This document shows positions 43,161-64,000 of a DNA stretch of 64,000 bases, one piece after another. The position numbers and the translations under genes are program-made. A model generated the notes under the pieces. That model ran no database searches and had not been told where the DNA came from. It was given only the letters and a program-made list of their open reading frames with translations. Position 1 is the stretch's first letter, and every line of letters starts with the position of its first letter. The DNA is from the human T2T-CHM13v2.0 reference genome, Homo sapiens: the NCBI RefSeq assembly GCF_009914755.1, contig NC_060936.1; one strand, 5' to 3'.

Positions 43161-46100
43161 CAGCGAAGTGTAGGGTGTGAGATCTAAACAGAGGGCTCCA
43201 CTGGAGGGCTTGCCCAGAAGGCGGCAGTCACACTGGGCCAAGCAGGATGACTGGCAGGAAGAAAAGATGAGGGATGAATCCCAGACCTCTAGTCCACTGA
43301 GAGTGTCCAAAGACATCCGTTCAATAGATACATACTGAGTGTTAACTTTGTGCCAAACATTGGACTGGGCACCAGGGATACCCAAGAGAGTCCAAGAGGC
43401 ACAGCCCTGTCTTCCTGGAGCTCCCAGTCGAAGGGTAGACAGAATTCTGCCCGACACACACACACTCAAGGCTTCATCAGGGATAAAGGCCAGGAACCGG
43501 CTTTGCCCCAGGAGAAGGTAGGAGGAGGGCTGTGCTGATGATGGAGGGTCCAGAGAACCTTCCTGCTGTTGAGCCTCCAGATGTCCCAAGGCAATCCTGT
43601 TTCCACCCAAGGGCAGTGCTTAAGGGTCCTCTCTCCTGAGAGCTTGTTTCCCTTTTGAGTGGCTGCCTAGCCTGAGTGTCAGTAGGGCAAGATTGGCCCT
43701 CACCCACTAGCCTGTAGAACTCCAAACACTACCCCCTCCCTTCTTCTAATGCAGATTCCCCTGCAGGCTCTGGGGTCTGACAGGTCTGGGGCACTCCTTT
43801 AGGTGCCACTCAGGGAAACAGAAGGGGAGGGCCTCAGTAGCTCCCACTTCTTTTCCAGCCCACATTTGGAAGCAACCGGCACCCACGCAGGTTCTGGAAC
43901 TTGCCAAGGTCAGTGTCTTTTCCACCTCCAGAATTATCTCTTCCTTGCCACTCCCCACCCCCAGGGCTCTGCCCTGGCACAGGAGGAGGGACGTGTCAAG
44001 GCTCAGAGTGCTAGAGTAGCCCCTGGCTTCAGAATCAGGCAGGATGAAGGGAGCCACAACCACCATGCTAGGAGACTGGAACCCTTGCTGGAGGAACAAT
44101 CCCAGGATACCAGCTGGAAGGAACTCCTTGGCTATTTCCTTATTGTTGGAGCACTGGAGGCCCAGAGAGGAGAAGTGACACACTTGGGGTCACACAGCAA
44201 AGCTGGATCTAGAATCCACTGCACTTTTTCCACCCCTACCTGTCAGGTTCCCTGAGAGCCAGAGACAGGAACTAAGGGAAAGACTAATATCCTTATGAGC
44301 TGGGTGCCTCAGCCAGCAGGATTAGTGCCAGGAAGCCAAGTCTGGCATTGCCAATGGGGATCCTGCTCCACCATGCTCCAGGGAAGGGGGGATGACAGGA
44401 GTGGGGTTGGACTGAGGCGCTCAGCGTGAAGGAAGGAATTGATCATGCGCTCCCCTGGAGCGGGGATCCGGTTCTCCTTCATCCTCTAGGAGTCCGGGAG
44501 TAAAGGAAGGACAAGCTTAAAGCTAAGGAAGGCCTTGCTAGTGAGATAGTGGAAGACACCAGCCTGCTGGATAAGGCCTTCGCTGGACTCCAGGGGCAAG
44601 ACCAGCAGCTTGGCAGTACTGAGTTGTTTCCAATGGGCGGACTGCTGTGGGTGATATTAAGAGGTTTAGTTAGCAGGTGGGGGTGAGGTTGATCATTTCA
44701 CCCCTCCACCTCCCACCCTGCACCAGTGCTCGGGACGATGAAGTGTGGCTCCCCCTCCCAGAGCTCATTAAAGTCCTGTTAATACATCATCCAGCCTCCT
44801 GGGCTGACAAATACTCTGTTCATCACATCTCTACCTCCTGCCCTCTTGGGCAGGGCCCGAGAGACTGATCTCTGAGGACTCTGGGGTGACCTCACTCCTG
44901 GCTGTCCCCAGTCAAGGGATCTGTGCCCTGAGAGCCCCTGCTGAGGTGGCTGTGATCATCCCCAGGCAGGTCAAGTGCCTGGCAATGGATTGGATAATAA
45001 TAGTGGTAATGATGGTGGTAATGTGTGGCTTCTGCAGAGGGCCCTCCATTCTTTCCCAGATCTTTTGCTAGTATCACACCCAAGGTGGAGAATCCCACCC
45101 CCATCCTGCCCCCAGGGGAGACAGGTGCTATGCTTGGTTGTGTGGCTGAGTGCAGGCACCTGCTGCGGGCGCATGCATGTGGGTGTGCAGCAGAAGTGTG
45201 GGAGTGTGTGACCTTCCTGGTCCAGAGACCTGCAACAAGGGCTTTCTAAAAACATTAAGAAGAAAAATAACTCCGTGGGTCTAGGGAGAATCAGCTCAAA
45301 GGATTTTGGAGGGAGGGGGGAGAGTTAGAGGGAGGAAGTAAAAGCTAGAGAGAGAGGGCGGGAGGAGCAAGTAGGGTGAGGAGGAAGGAAAGAAAAGGGC
45401 CCCGGGTTGGGGGAAGGATGGGGTGGGGGGAGGAAGGGAGAAAGAAATGGAAGAGAGGAAGAGGAAAGGGCGGGGAGGCCTCTTTGTGGTCCTCTGGACT
45501 GGCCACTCAGGAGTCATTATGAGCAGGAAAGGAAGGAAATGTGTCCTGGCTTGGGGATTGGGGTGCGTGCCCAGAGGGCACCACACCCAGCTGGGCTTCC
45601 CCCCAACCACACTTGCCCGGGACTCAGGCTGCTGTCCCCACAAATGGAAACTCTAGCCCTTCTCATTCTTGCTCTTTGCCCATCAAGGCCCAGTTCCCAG
45701 TGCCTCCCCAACCCTGATCAAACCACCCCAAAAACTCTTACTCTTCATGAACGTATACCAGCTTTGCCTTCCCACTGTGCTACAAGCTGTGTCTAGTCTG
45801 GATCCTATCCCCACCCCACATCCAGCCTAGGAGCCCTCGAAAGCCTGTAGGCAAACTAGAAAACATGTTCCTCCCTCTATGCAGCTCAGACTTGGGAGGA
45901 GGAGCTGGGTGGCTATCAGTCTCCGCTAACTCCTTGGGGCCCAACACTTGGGGACGCTGATACCTCGCTTCCAAAATCGTTACCCCACACATGGCCCTGC
46001 TGTTTGTTCTTTGAGCAGAAGCACATCCTGCACCATCCTGCAGCATAGCTCTTCAGCCAGCACCCCAAATTGATCCCACCATGTACCTTACAGTCACACA

Positions 46101-46300
46101 GAAACTCCCACTAAACATGCATACCTTTTTAATACCTCAGAATCTTTCTGCCTGGAATCTCATTTCCCTACTCTGCCTGATGAGCTCCTATTCATCCTTC
46201 AGAACCCAACTCAGGTATGCCCTTCTCTGTAAAGTCTTCCCTATCTGTCCCGCATCCTAGCAGAGCACTTCCAATCTTTTTTTTCCCCTAGGTTCCAGGG
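41800..46300 (+). ncRNA. Probable divergent/antisense lncRNA from the FIGNL2 promoter (FIGNL2-DT region)
   Basis: Strong plus-strand donors TAG|GTGAGT (42161/42162) and CAG|GTGAGC (43005/43006) and no credible ORF. Existence and extent rest partly on recall of the locus annotation. Confidence 0.35.
42138..42320 (-). other. FIGNL2: Probable non-coding first exon of FIGNL2 (donor GAG|GTACGG at 42138/42137; alternative donor ATG|GTGAGC at 42260/42259)
   Basis: Minus-strand donors inside the CpG island; no other comparable island lies between here and the acceptor at 15950. The TSS position is approximate. Confidence 0.6.
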
Positions 46301-47045
46301 GTTGAGCCCACTCCATCCTGTCCAAAGGCAGAAGCCTCCTCCAAGTCCTGCACGATCCGCCCTCTAACATGCAAGCCCATCTGGAACCTCTGGAATCCTA
46401 CTGGGCTTCTTCGCTCCCTAAAGTTTACAGACCCAGGGCAAAATAGGGAACTGCAAATCCAAGTGGCCCAGAGGTCTCTCCACCCCCACTCTGCCCTCTC
46501 TGGGCCTGAGCCTGACAGGAGATTCCCAGCACATCTGGTTGTACTTAAATCATCCAGCACTACTGGAGTAGGTTCCCTGCTTCTCTCCCTTCAGCCCCAG
46601 CCTCCTCCCCTTCCTACACCAGCCTTCCAGGTCTCTCCTCCAGGATGCCTTCCCTAACTCATCCAGCCTCGGTATCTGCACCCCACCCTTGAACCTCCAC
46701 CTCTTTGGGTCTGGAGTCTGCCAGGGTGTGGAAGGGAGGGTGTGTGCTCAGCAAGACTCAGTGTGTAGAATCTCATCCTTCCCGAGCATTGGTCCTAGAT
46801 AGAAACCTTCCCTTCAGGTAAGGAAGGGAGCCAGCCAAGAGCCTCCCCTCTGCTCCCTTGGCCTCAGGGGTGGCTGTCTCCAGTTATGGGTGTGTACAGT
46901 GGGGAGGAACAAGTTCAGATCCAGGCAGAGCCATTCCTTTGGCAACTCTTGCTGTCAGCCATCTTCCAAAGAGCTTTGCAAAATGTTAAAGAACAAAAGA
47001 GAAATAAATACAGAGAATATAGCAAGTATAAAAATGCACAGTCTA

Positions 47046-47355
47046 GGCCAGGCACGGTGGCTCACACCTGTAATCCTAGCACTTTGGGAGGCTGAGGCAG
47101 ATGGATCACTTGAGGTCAGGAATTTGAAACCAGCCTGGCCAAGATGGTGAAACCCCATCTCTACTAAAAATACAAAAATTAGCCAGGTGTGGTGGCGGGC
47201 ACCTGTAGTCCCAGCTATTTGGGAGGCTGAGGCAGAAGAATTACTTGAACCCCGGAAGTGGAGGTTGTAGTGAGCCAAGATCACACCACTGCACCCCAGC
47301 CTGGCTGACAAAGCAAGATTCTGTCTCAAAAAAAAAAAAAAAAAAAAAAAAAAAA
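47046..47355 (+). mobile_element. Alu (AluS-like) with a long poly(A)
   Basis: Full dimer; flanking AATGCAC repeat. Confidence 0.95.
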
Positions 47356-48009
47356 GAATGCACGGACTCTAAAGAACAAGTTTGTAACCTACCATGACCT
47401 GCTCCACCAGGGCTCCAGGTTTGAATGTTCATTCATTCTTTTATTCAATAGCATGTACTGATGCCTGAGTCTACTAAGTTCTAGGAACAGTGACTCAAGT
47501 AAGATCCCAGGGTCAGTGGGGGACAGGAACAGGTGGATGAACAAATGCTGCATGCTGTAATGGACATGAGTCAGGGAGACAGAGGGGTGCCAAGGTTGAA
47601 GGTCAGAGACCCTGGACTGAATCCCACCTCTGTCACTTTCTGCACTGTCTCTGGGGAGCCACTTAATCTTGGGGAGCCTGTCTCCCCACCTGGAAAAGGA
47701 CGATGATGTGACCTCACAGGGTCGTAGTGGGATTCAAATAAGATAATGTGTGTGAAAACGCCTTGCAAAGTGCTAAGTGAGTTGTTGCTATTATGATTAG
47801 GCTCAGGGGCTGCCTATCTGACACTCATTTTTCTAATGCCTCAACAGCTGTCTCTCTTACCCTCCCAGGGCAGGTACCACGTTGGAGAAACTTCTGAGGG
47901 TGAAGGACACCCACCCTAGAGTAGTGGGCAGTTAAGCTGCCCGCATAGACACACACACACACACTTTAGTTACACAAGCAGAACACCTTTTTATAAAAAT
48001 TCGAAAGGC

Positions 48010-49260
<1,251 letters not shown>

Positions 49261-50399
49261 TCATGAACAAACCTGTAACTTCCACCTTTGTGCACGCGTC
49301 TAATTATTGCCTTAGGATAAAGTTCTGGTAACCAGAGGCTAGGAATGCATATTTTTATCTCTGAGGAGCCAGGAGCCCAGGCCTCTGGGCAGTGCTCTCA
49401 CCTCTCCTCCAGGCAGCCCTCCCAGACCTCCAGGGTTGAGTACATCTCCCATGGTCCTTTCCTCTCCAAGTAACTTCATCTCTTAGAGACCTGCCCTGAG
49501 ACCCCTGAAAAATGCTGGGAAAGTCTGGCTGGTGACGGCCAGGAGGGGCCGGGGTGGAGAGCACAAAGCAGGCTTGTCTGGGGCACGGGAAGAGGCCCCG
49601 CCCTCCGTGCTGCTGGTCCAACATTCCTCCTGGACAATGGCTGCCTTGGGAATCCCGGGAATGAAGGAGGCGGGCGGCTTCCCGAACCTGCGCCCTCCAC
49701 CCCCATCAAGTTGCGCCCTTTCCCCAGATGGAAAGCAGGGGCACTTTGCATTGCGGCAGGGTGGGGAGGCCAGCTAGCCTCCATGCCTACAGCCCCCGCC
49801 CCTCCTTTTACCAACACTAATCCACAACGCCCCGCAGCCGAGTCCTGCTCAGCCACCCCATCCCCATGGACCTTGGGCGAGTCCTGCTCCTTCAACTGTA
49901 AAATCAGGAGCTTGGATTCAGTGGTTGCAAAACTCCCCACAGATCTCAAAGGCCGAAATGTAGTGACTAAGGCATGCACAGGCTTTGGAGCCAGGTTGCC
50001 CGAGTTCAAATCCTGGGCTGCCCTTTACCCTGGGAACTTAAGCCCCTGGGTTGCCGGCTTCCCTCTCGCAAAGTGTGTTTGTTGATACAGCTCCACTCCC
50101 TCCCGATGGGAAGGCAAACTCCTCAAAGTCTATAAATCCCGATCCATGTGTAACTCTGCTCAAAACACTAACCAGATCTCCAACCCCAGGCCCCCTCATA
50201 CCCTGTGCGGATTTTGGCCCCTGGACATTTGCCCAACAACTGGCCACACTTCTGGGAGCTGCGACGGGCACCTGATATCCCTGACGAAGCATCCTTCCCC
50301 AGCATGTTTCCATCTTCCCTTGCATCAGTCATAAGGCCGTAAAGCTGTAAATGGTAAAGGCTTACTGGGGCACACAAAAATTTTAAATATAGGAAAACT

Positions 50400-54120
<3,721 letters not shown>

Positions 54121-54184
54121 AGAAAAAAGAGAAAGAAATGTGGTGGAATATTTTGAGTGGAAACCTATTCAGCAATAACAATGA

Positions 54185-55285
<1,101 letters not shown>

Positions 55286-56069
55286 ACGAAAGAAGGAAAG
55301 AAAAAGAAAACCAAACAAACAAGAAACAAAGAAGTACAGAAGTAACCTAGGTCCTTGATAACACTGTTGAGCCACTGACTTCACCAACAGCCTTGGGACT
55401 TCTTGTTTTGTGACATTATAAATGCTGTATAAGCCATTTTTAAGTTGGGTCTCTCATAGCTGGAAGCCCAAAACACCTTTATGTCAAGGGGGAGGAGAGG
55501 CATCCAGAACCAGCCTGGGGAAGTGGGTTTTGAAGAGCAGCTGAGAAGGCAAGAGACTCTGAAGCGCGCTTGATCCGGTGGGGTCTGCTTGCTGCTCCAC
55601 CATCAGGCCCAGTATAGCTGGGGATTTCTTCCCACAGTTCCCCAACCTTCCCCAGCCCATCTGTGAAATGGAGACCCTGGTAATCAAAGGACCTAGTCTT
55701 AGGCTTCTGGAGAGGGCTGATGCAGAGACAATGCCTGAAAGCTCTTAGCACAGAGCCTGGCGCAGACGGAGGTTCAATGTGGTGTACCTCCCCTGGCCCT
55801 GGCAAGGATGACCTGAGCCTGAACCAAGCAGGGGCAGGCAGAGAGGAGGGAACAGAACTTAGAAACCTTTGGGACTGTAAATGATCGATAACGCCAAGCA
55901 CTCGGGCATGGGTGACAATGTGGATGGGATCATTTCTCAGGCTTTTGGCAAAGATTACATGCAGGATCTGTTTTCATCACCAGGTAGGTGCCGGTAAAAG
56001 GAGAGAAGAGATACAGTAGGAGAAACAGGTTTGGGGGGTGAAAAAGTGTAAGTTTGAGGTATCTGTGAG

Positions 56070-56640
56070 CAGTACGGCGTGGTGGACAAGAGCAAGCGTT
56101 CTGCCACCCACTAGCTATGTGATCTGGGTCAAACTACCACCTTTCTCGGAGCCTCAGTATCCTCATCTGTAAAATGGGAATTCTAAAAATACTTAGCTCA
56201 TTGGGTTGCTATAAAGATTACATGAGGTCGGGCACAGTGGCTCATGCCTAAAATCCCAGCACTTTGGGAGGCTGAGGCTGGTGGATCACAAGTTCAGGAA
56301 TTTGGGAGCAGCCTGACAAACATGGTGAAACCCTGTCTCTACTAAAAGTACAAAAATTAGCTGGGCGTGGTTGTGCACATTTTTAATCCCAGCTACTCAG
56401 GAGGCTAAGGAAGGAGAATCACTTGAACCCGGGAGGCAGAGGTTGCAGTGAGCTGAGATCAGCCACTGCACTCCAGCCTGGGCGACAGAGCGAGACTCCG
56501 TCTCAAAACAAAACAAAACAAAACAAAACTTTAGATGAAACATAACAAAAAGAAAAAAACAAGATTAGATGAAACAATATATTGGCAGTGCTTAGCATAG
56601 TGCCTGGCACATAGCAGGTACTCCTTAAACGGTGATAATA
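56070..56640 (+). mobile_element. MIR interrupted by an Alu (56226-56530)
   Basis: CTAGCTATGTGATCTGGG...CCTCAGTATCCTCATCTGTAAAATGGG before the Alu; GTGCTTAGCATAGTGCCTGGCACATAG after it. Confidence 0.8.
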
Positions 56641-57399
56641 AGGTCATCATCCCTTCATCCCTTCACAGCCTGCGTCTTCGGGTTAGGCCTAGGAGGGCAG
56701 CCTCCTGCTGAGCCTCTGCACTAGAATACCAAACTCAGCGTGAGGCTCTTTGGGCTTTCAGCTTACTCTCTCTTGCCTCAAACAGGATGATCCCCTGTGG
56801 AAGATTTCTTCTCCTTTCCTTTTTCCTTGACCCCTTCCCTCCCTCCCTTCCAGTCTCTACTCTGCCCTGCCTCTAACAGGAAGCCTTCCTTGACTAATGT
56901 CTCTCCATTCTCTGCCAACCTCCCCACTGCCTCCGTGTAGGTTCTGGCCTTCCAGCCCAGAGCTCTATCCACCCTACTCCATTGCCCATGCCCCCAGTAC
57001 AAACCGTGGGCTTTCTCCGTGCCAGCTCAAGGGAGGCCTGACCCCATGGGGACGCCTGACTGCAAAGGGAAGGATGCCGCCTTCCACCGCAGCACCACCA
57101 CAGCTCCGTGGACCCGCTGGGAAAGGGGTGGGGCTGGCGAGGAGGAGGCCACCTGCCAGAGTGGCAGCAGACAGGCCAGCTAAATCCTTGACCTATGATT
57201 TAAGAGGTCGGGCATAGTTCAATAGAGCACTCCAGGCTGAGTCCCAGCTCATTCACATAGGTCAGAGGGATGAGGGGCAAGGCGGAGAGGAGGGCCGTCT
57301 CCTCCGAGGGCCCTTGGCTTCCTCCCTAGCCTTCTGGGGCATAATCCAGCCTGAAAACCACAAAAACCCTGAAAACCACCAGCTCCATTCCCATCAGCG

Positions 57400-58260
57400 T
57401 AGATGCCCCCTCTGAGAGGCCGGGGGAGGAGGGCGGGGCCGGGAGGGGGTGGGCAGCAGGGCAGGAAAGTGGAGATTTAGGCAGGCACAGCGCCTGGCAC
57501 ACAGCAAGGGCGGGAAAGGCTCCTCCCTCTGCTAACCGCGGCGCCCTTTGTTAGGTCCCGAGACGCAGCGGAGCTGCCTGGCTTCCAGGTCGGCCCTGGT
57601 CTCTGCTCCCCTCTGTTGCCTTTGGAATTTGCCCTCAGACCTGGACCCTACCAGGGAACAGCGGGATTGTCTGATGGAATTCCACGTGCAAACCGAGAGA
57701 GGTTTTGCCATAAATTCTAGTCCGGCCCCGGGAGGAGGGCCACGCCTGGGCCCCACTCCCCATCACCCTCCCGCCTCCCAGACCCCCGGCACAGGGCCTC
57801 CCCAGGCCGTGCCCCGGGCTGCCCCTGGGAGCGCTATGCAAATGAGATGCAAAGTAGGCCGAGGCAGCCGCAAAGATTGGCTGCCGCAGAGGCTCAGTCC
57901 GCCCAATCCCCGGCCGCCCGCCATCCTGGGCGCCCCCGGCCCGGGGCCCGGTCCCGCCCGTAAATCAGCTCCGTCAGCGTTAATGGCTCCTGACTAATTG
58001 CCTGGACTTGGGCTCCGGGCTCGGGTCGCCAGCATTAAAATTCAATCAGGCCTAGCGCTATGCTATTAAATATTCATTGGGAGAGCTTCCCGAAATCGGG
58101 CTGGGGGATGGGGACGGACTGGGTTGGAGGGACTACCCGAATCCTCAGCTCCAGAGGAGGTGCCGCTCCTCCCCAGCGTGCTGTCAGCTTCTGCAGCGGC
58201 TGCCGGGCTTCCATTCGGCTGGGTCTGATTTCTCTCTGGAGGTCCCTGCGCCCTCTCTAG
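57400..58260. promoter_or_regulatory. Orphan CpG island / candidate developmental enhancer
   Basis: CpG-rich, with octamer, CCAAT, E-box and several TAAT-core motifs. Confidence 0.6.
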
Positions 58261-60079
58261 AGACTTTTGGGAGACTGAGCTGCCCTGCAGAAGGAATGTT
58301 AAGTTATGCCAAGGGGGCTGTGTCTGCTCAACGCCTGGTCACCTCGCCGCACGACCCTTTACCCAGTGCCCACCATGAGCTCCTATTCATGCTGGAACCT
58401 TAGGTCCCACCGGGAGTGGAAGAGCTCCAGGGCACAGAAGGCTTAATCTTTAGAAGAGCCCCTACTTCCCTGGCCCTACTGCCGGGTTTTTATGGAGCTA
58501 CACTGGCCATCCTCAGCGTGGCTAGAGAGAGCATCAGTCTGGGCAGCTCCGGGTGTGTGCTGGAAGGGTGTAGTGGGCTTTGTACAGTCCTCCCCTCCTC
58601 TTCCCTGCCCTCAGGAATGCAGCCTGTCCGAGCTCCTGGGCCCCTGGCCTGATGCTGAGCAGGCTGCCTGGAAGTTCTCAAAGAGGGTACCAAGGGGGAG
58701 GGGGCTGGGCCTGAGGGGGCCCTTGGGAGTGTCAGGGACTTAAGCAGAAACTGCATCCTCCACCCACACACACACACAATAGTCAGAGGGTTATGAAGAG
58801 GGCTTAGCAGATGTGATGACAGCCATGGCTCAAGGACTGGGTGAGCCACTCAAATAAAGACCAAGAGTTTTTCTAGGCCCTCTATGATGTATTGACACAT
58901 CTCTTCACGCGGCAGCTCTAGTCCTCAGACAAGGAGGTATTTGGGTCGGGAGGAAGAGAAAGTCTTGGGAAGTGTGCTAGGAGAGACTCATTTCCCTCCT
59001 CTGGATTTTCAAGGACTCCTCAGGAGCAAACCACCTGTTCACAGGGCTTGTCCCCTGCCCTTTGGACTGCTCCTTGCTCCTAGTGCCTGAGGATGGTGCA
59101 AGGAATTAACCCTGTGGGGCATGGGGGGAGGCTCCGACTGCCAGAGCCACAGAGCACCCGCAGACGCTGCAGGGGAGGGGTGGAGGCTGAGGGTACCGGT
59201 CTCTGCAAGGCCAGAAGCCATCAGGACTCCAAGAGGGTTGTAAATTCAGGGAATACTGTTTTGATGGACACTGGAAGGAACTTCTTGGTCGGCAATCTCT
59301 GAGAGCATCAACCCTTGGCCGTGCAGGAAGCCTGGAATTCCTGCCTGAGGACCCCTACTCCCCCAGGGTGTAGATGATGATCTTACAGCAAGTGGGGTCC
59401 AAGGAGCACCCTCTCTCCAGAAACCAGGCAGGCCCCAGGGCAGAATGCGTCTGGCAGCGATTAGGAGGAGAGCTGGGGCTGGGAGGCCTCAGACTTCAGC
59501 AGGTCAGGAGCGACCCCAGCCAAGTGTCCGATTCCAAAGCCAAACGTCACAGGCAATCCGGGATTCCAAACTCACCCCACGTGTGGTTCCCATTAGGGCT
59601 GGCTGGGGTCTTCCTGAAGGCCAGGCCAGATTCCTGAGCCCCTCCCCCAGGACAACCCCTCCCTCTGCAGGCAGTTTGGAATGTCTTACTAGCCCCATGG
59701 GGTGGCCTGCCAGCACCCACCCTTGGGAATTTCCAGGGGTATCCAACTCTAAATAGGCCTCTCCACCCACTAGATGATGATGTTTTGCAATCCCTCAGAG
59801 GGGACAAAGGGATAGGAGACTTTAAACCTTTAACTTCCCAGGGTGGGCCAATCCCTGAAGATCACTACAGTGTGCCTGGGGAGTCTTCCCCATCTCCCGG
59901 TCAGCCACTTTTGTTCAGGCCTCAGCCCCTCTGGCCTGGACAACTGCAACTGCCCCCATTCACCTTCTGCTACCAGTCCATTCCTCCACACTGCCCCTGA
60001 GCGAGTGTCCTAAAACTCAGGCCTGTTATTCGGATTGTTTCCCTCCTTGCACAACTTTCAATAGCTTTCCAGCAACTCT

Positions 60080-61540
<1,461 letters not shown>

Positions 61541-62379
61541 TGAACTTTTATTTTATTCCTCCCTCCAACCCCAGCCCAGAAGCCACTGACTCTGGGGCAT
61601 CCTCCTGACCCCTGCAGAAGTCAGTTACCCTCAGGTTGTCCAATGGTCCCTGTGATTCCAGAATTCTCACAATGTATCCCCTCCCTATAGTGACAGCCCC
61701 TCCAGGGTTTTGAGGAGGCCTGCTCTCGGCACCCCAAGGCTCACTGTGCTGAGGAGTCAGGCCATCGGACTGGTGGCAGTGACGGTTAGGGGAAGGAGGC
61801 GTAGTTCAGTCCTGCAGGAGCTGGCCTCTGAGACAAACACAGGTTTGTCGGAGTCAGCAAGGCTACAAGAGAGGGAGGCAGCGGGCACCTTCTGTGCCAC
61901 AAGGTGAGGTTTTCTGGGTCCTGGGCAGCACGGCTGTCTGTGTCACCAGCGGACCGGGGTGAGTGGCTTCCTGTACCAGGGCAGTCAGGTGCTCTCTGCT
62001 ACCCTGTGAGTATTCTAGTGAGCAGAAATCCAGAAGAAAAAAAGAGGAGCAAAACATCAGAACTCAGGGTGCTAGGCAAAAGTGTTCTTATGAGAAAAAT
62101 GCGACAGATTATTTGAGACTCTGATAGCCTGGGGGTGATCCATAAACATTCCCGAACTCCTCCAATGCCCCCCAGCACTGTCATCAGACATCTTCACCCT
62201 CTGAAGCCCATGCTGCTGGAGACCCCAGGAAATGGCCTTGATACCAACCTCCCATCCCCAGCCCACACTCCCTCTTCCTGGCCTAACCATTCTCCCACCC
62301 GCAGGTGTTGCTTCCCAGACTGTGGAATCAAATCCTCTGGATGCACCCAAGAAGCAGGTACTGGGTCCCCATTTAACAG

Positions 62380-63290
62380 ATGAGGACACGGCTCTGAGCG
62401 CTGCCCGAGGTTCCCCAGCCGACGATAACTCCAGCCCGCCGGGCCCGAAGAGCAGAGTCCTGCCTCCTCCCCACCGGCTTCAGCCTCGGGCCTCGGCTCT
62501 GCTCCTCCCTCCTACACACACCCCGGACGCGTCTGTCCAGGTCCGAAATCCAGATCCACACGTCCGTATCCCGAGGCGGGCGTGAACTATCCACCCGTGT
62601 GCACGCCAGCCGAGCGAGTGGCCGAGGGACACCCCCGTGCTTCCCAAGGCCTGGCTCCACGAGGAGCAGAACCCCAGCGGTGGGATTCTGTCGCGCAATG
62701 CTGTGTGGCTCCGACTAGGGCCCGCCCTCCAGCAAAGAGATGCTGGTGGGTGCTCTCGGTTCACCCCCGCACTCGCCCCAGGGGGGCTCGCGGGCCACCT
62801 GGAGCTCCCGCCCCTCGGTGGCCAGGGCTGCGCGTGAAAGGGGGACGTTCGGACGCGGGGGCGCGGAGCCAGCGCGCGAGCCTCGGAGCCTCCCCCAGGC
62901 TGTGGGGGAAGAGGAGGGAGGAGGGAGCAGATGGCAGCAATTACCGCTCGGACCCTCCCCCGCCGTAGCCTGGGGCCGGAAGATCGGCTCGGCAGCTCGC
63001 TCCTGCGGGAGGGGCGGCGGCCTCCCCGGCCGGGAACCGGCGGGGAGGGGGTCCGGGAGGGGCGGCTCTGGCCGCCGGGGCGCGGGCATCCCAGCTTCTA
63101 GGGGAGAGTGATGTGAGGGCCCGGTGGAGACACCTCCTTCTCCCGGGACGAGGGCTGAGAGATTCCCTTTGGAAAGGCCGAGTCTCCGGCCGCCCCCACC
63201 CCCAGAGTTGTTTCAGGCCAGGGCCGGCCGCAACCAGCTCCGGGCCTTTAGGTCCTCAAAGTTCCGAAGATTTTCAGGTCGAGCCAGTGG
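62380..63290. promoter_or_regulatory. Second orphan CpG island
   Basis: Dense CpG and GC boxes; no recognisable coding sequence. Confidence 0.7.
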
Positions 63291-64000
63291 CCCAGGCTAG
63301 GGAGAGGGGAGCTGTACGGTTGTGCAGGTTGTGACCTATACAAGGTGGGAGGCGTGGTTGTGGGTGAGTGGGATTCCAAGCTCGGCCTTGGCAGGTGCTG
63401 ACTCGTTCTGAAGGAGGGCAGGGGGCACCGTTTCTCACAAAGGTCTCGGATGAGCCAGCCTGGCCTGCCCTTGATTTAGGGCTGCTGAGGGTAGACACAG
63501 TGGGAGAGCAAATGGCTAGGGTTGGCCCCTGTGGGTCAGGGCCAGGGCTAAAGAGGACAGGGGGACTCTCCTGGCCCAGAGTAGAAACAACTGGATCATC
63601 TGGGCTCCCTGGGCCTTTCTTTCTTCTTGAATTCCTCTCCCACCCTCACCCTGAATCTTGATCCTCTGTCTCTAACATAGTTCCTAAAACAGCCCCTGCC
63701 CCTGCCCCCACTCAACTGCCCAAGCTCCTGTTACTTCCCTGCACAATCGAAAAGACTCCTGTCCGCTCTCCCAGGGTCCCCAACAATCAGTTCACACTGC
63801 AGGCAAAGAGACCTTTAAAAATACAAATCAGGAAAACACCAGGGCATGTGATTCCTCGCTTAACAGCCACCCACAGCTTCCCTGCAAAGGAAGCCCAAAC
63901 CTTTTCCCCCAGCCCCTACCTACACAGACAGACCTCTCTTCCTATCCTTCTCCCCACTGCCCAGACACTGCTTACACTGGCTGCCTTTCTGTTCATTGAA

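Overview
Human genomic DNA that I recognise as the 12q13 SCN8A-TMDD1-FIGNL2 locus. The + strand carries the end of the last coding exon of SCN8A (Nav1.6; stop at 947-949) and a 3'UTR of about 5.4 kb with proximal (3471) and distal (6350) AATAAA signals. About 1.1 kb beyond it, on the - strand, lies the single-exon TMDD1/C12orf81 ORF (ATG 8419, 319 aa: signal peptide, death-fold-like ectodomain, one TM helix). Next is FIGNL2 on the - strand: a 653-aa CDS in one exon (15939-13978), a 3'UTR ending near an ATTAAA at 11438-11443, an intron of about 26 kb and a CpG-island first exon/bidirectional promoter near 42.1-42.7 kb. The rest is intronic or intergenic, rich in Alu, MIR, L2, MaLR and hAT relics, with two orphan CpG islands (57.4-58.3 kb and 62.4-63.3 kb). 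Best leads: (1) TMDD1 looks like a furin-processed, possibly shed precursor with a death fold on the luminal side; (2) the long SCN8A 3'UTR has a compact PRE/G-quadruplex/UG-repeat module next to an unusually well-preserved ancient MIR-type SINE; (3) every candidate FIGNL2 leader exon supplies an out-of-frame upstream AUG; (4) FIGNL2 has degenerate AAA catalytic motifs; (5) a near-perfect AluYc1-like insertion sits in the FIGNL2 intron. All calls were made by eye with no database search. Repeat subfamily names and boundaries are approximate.
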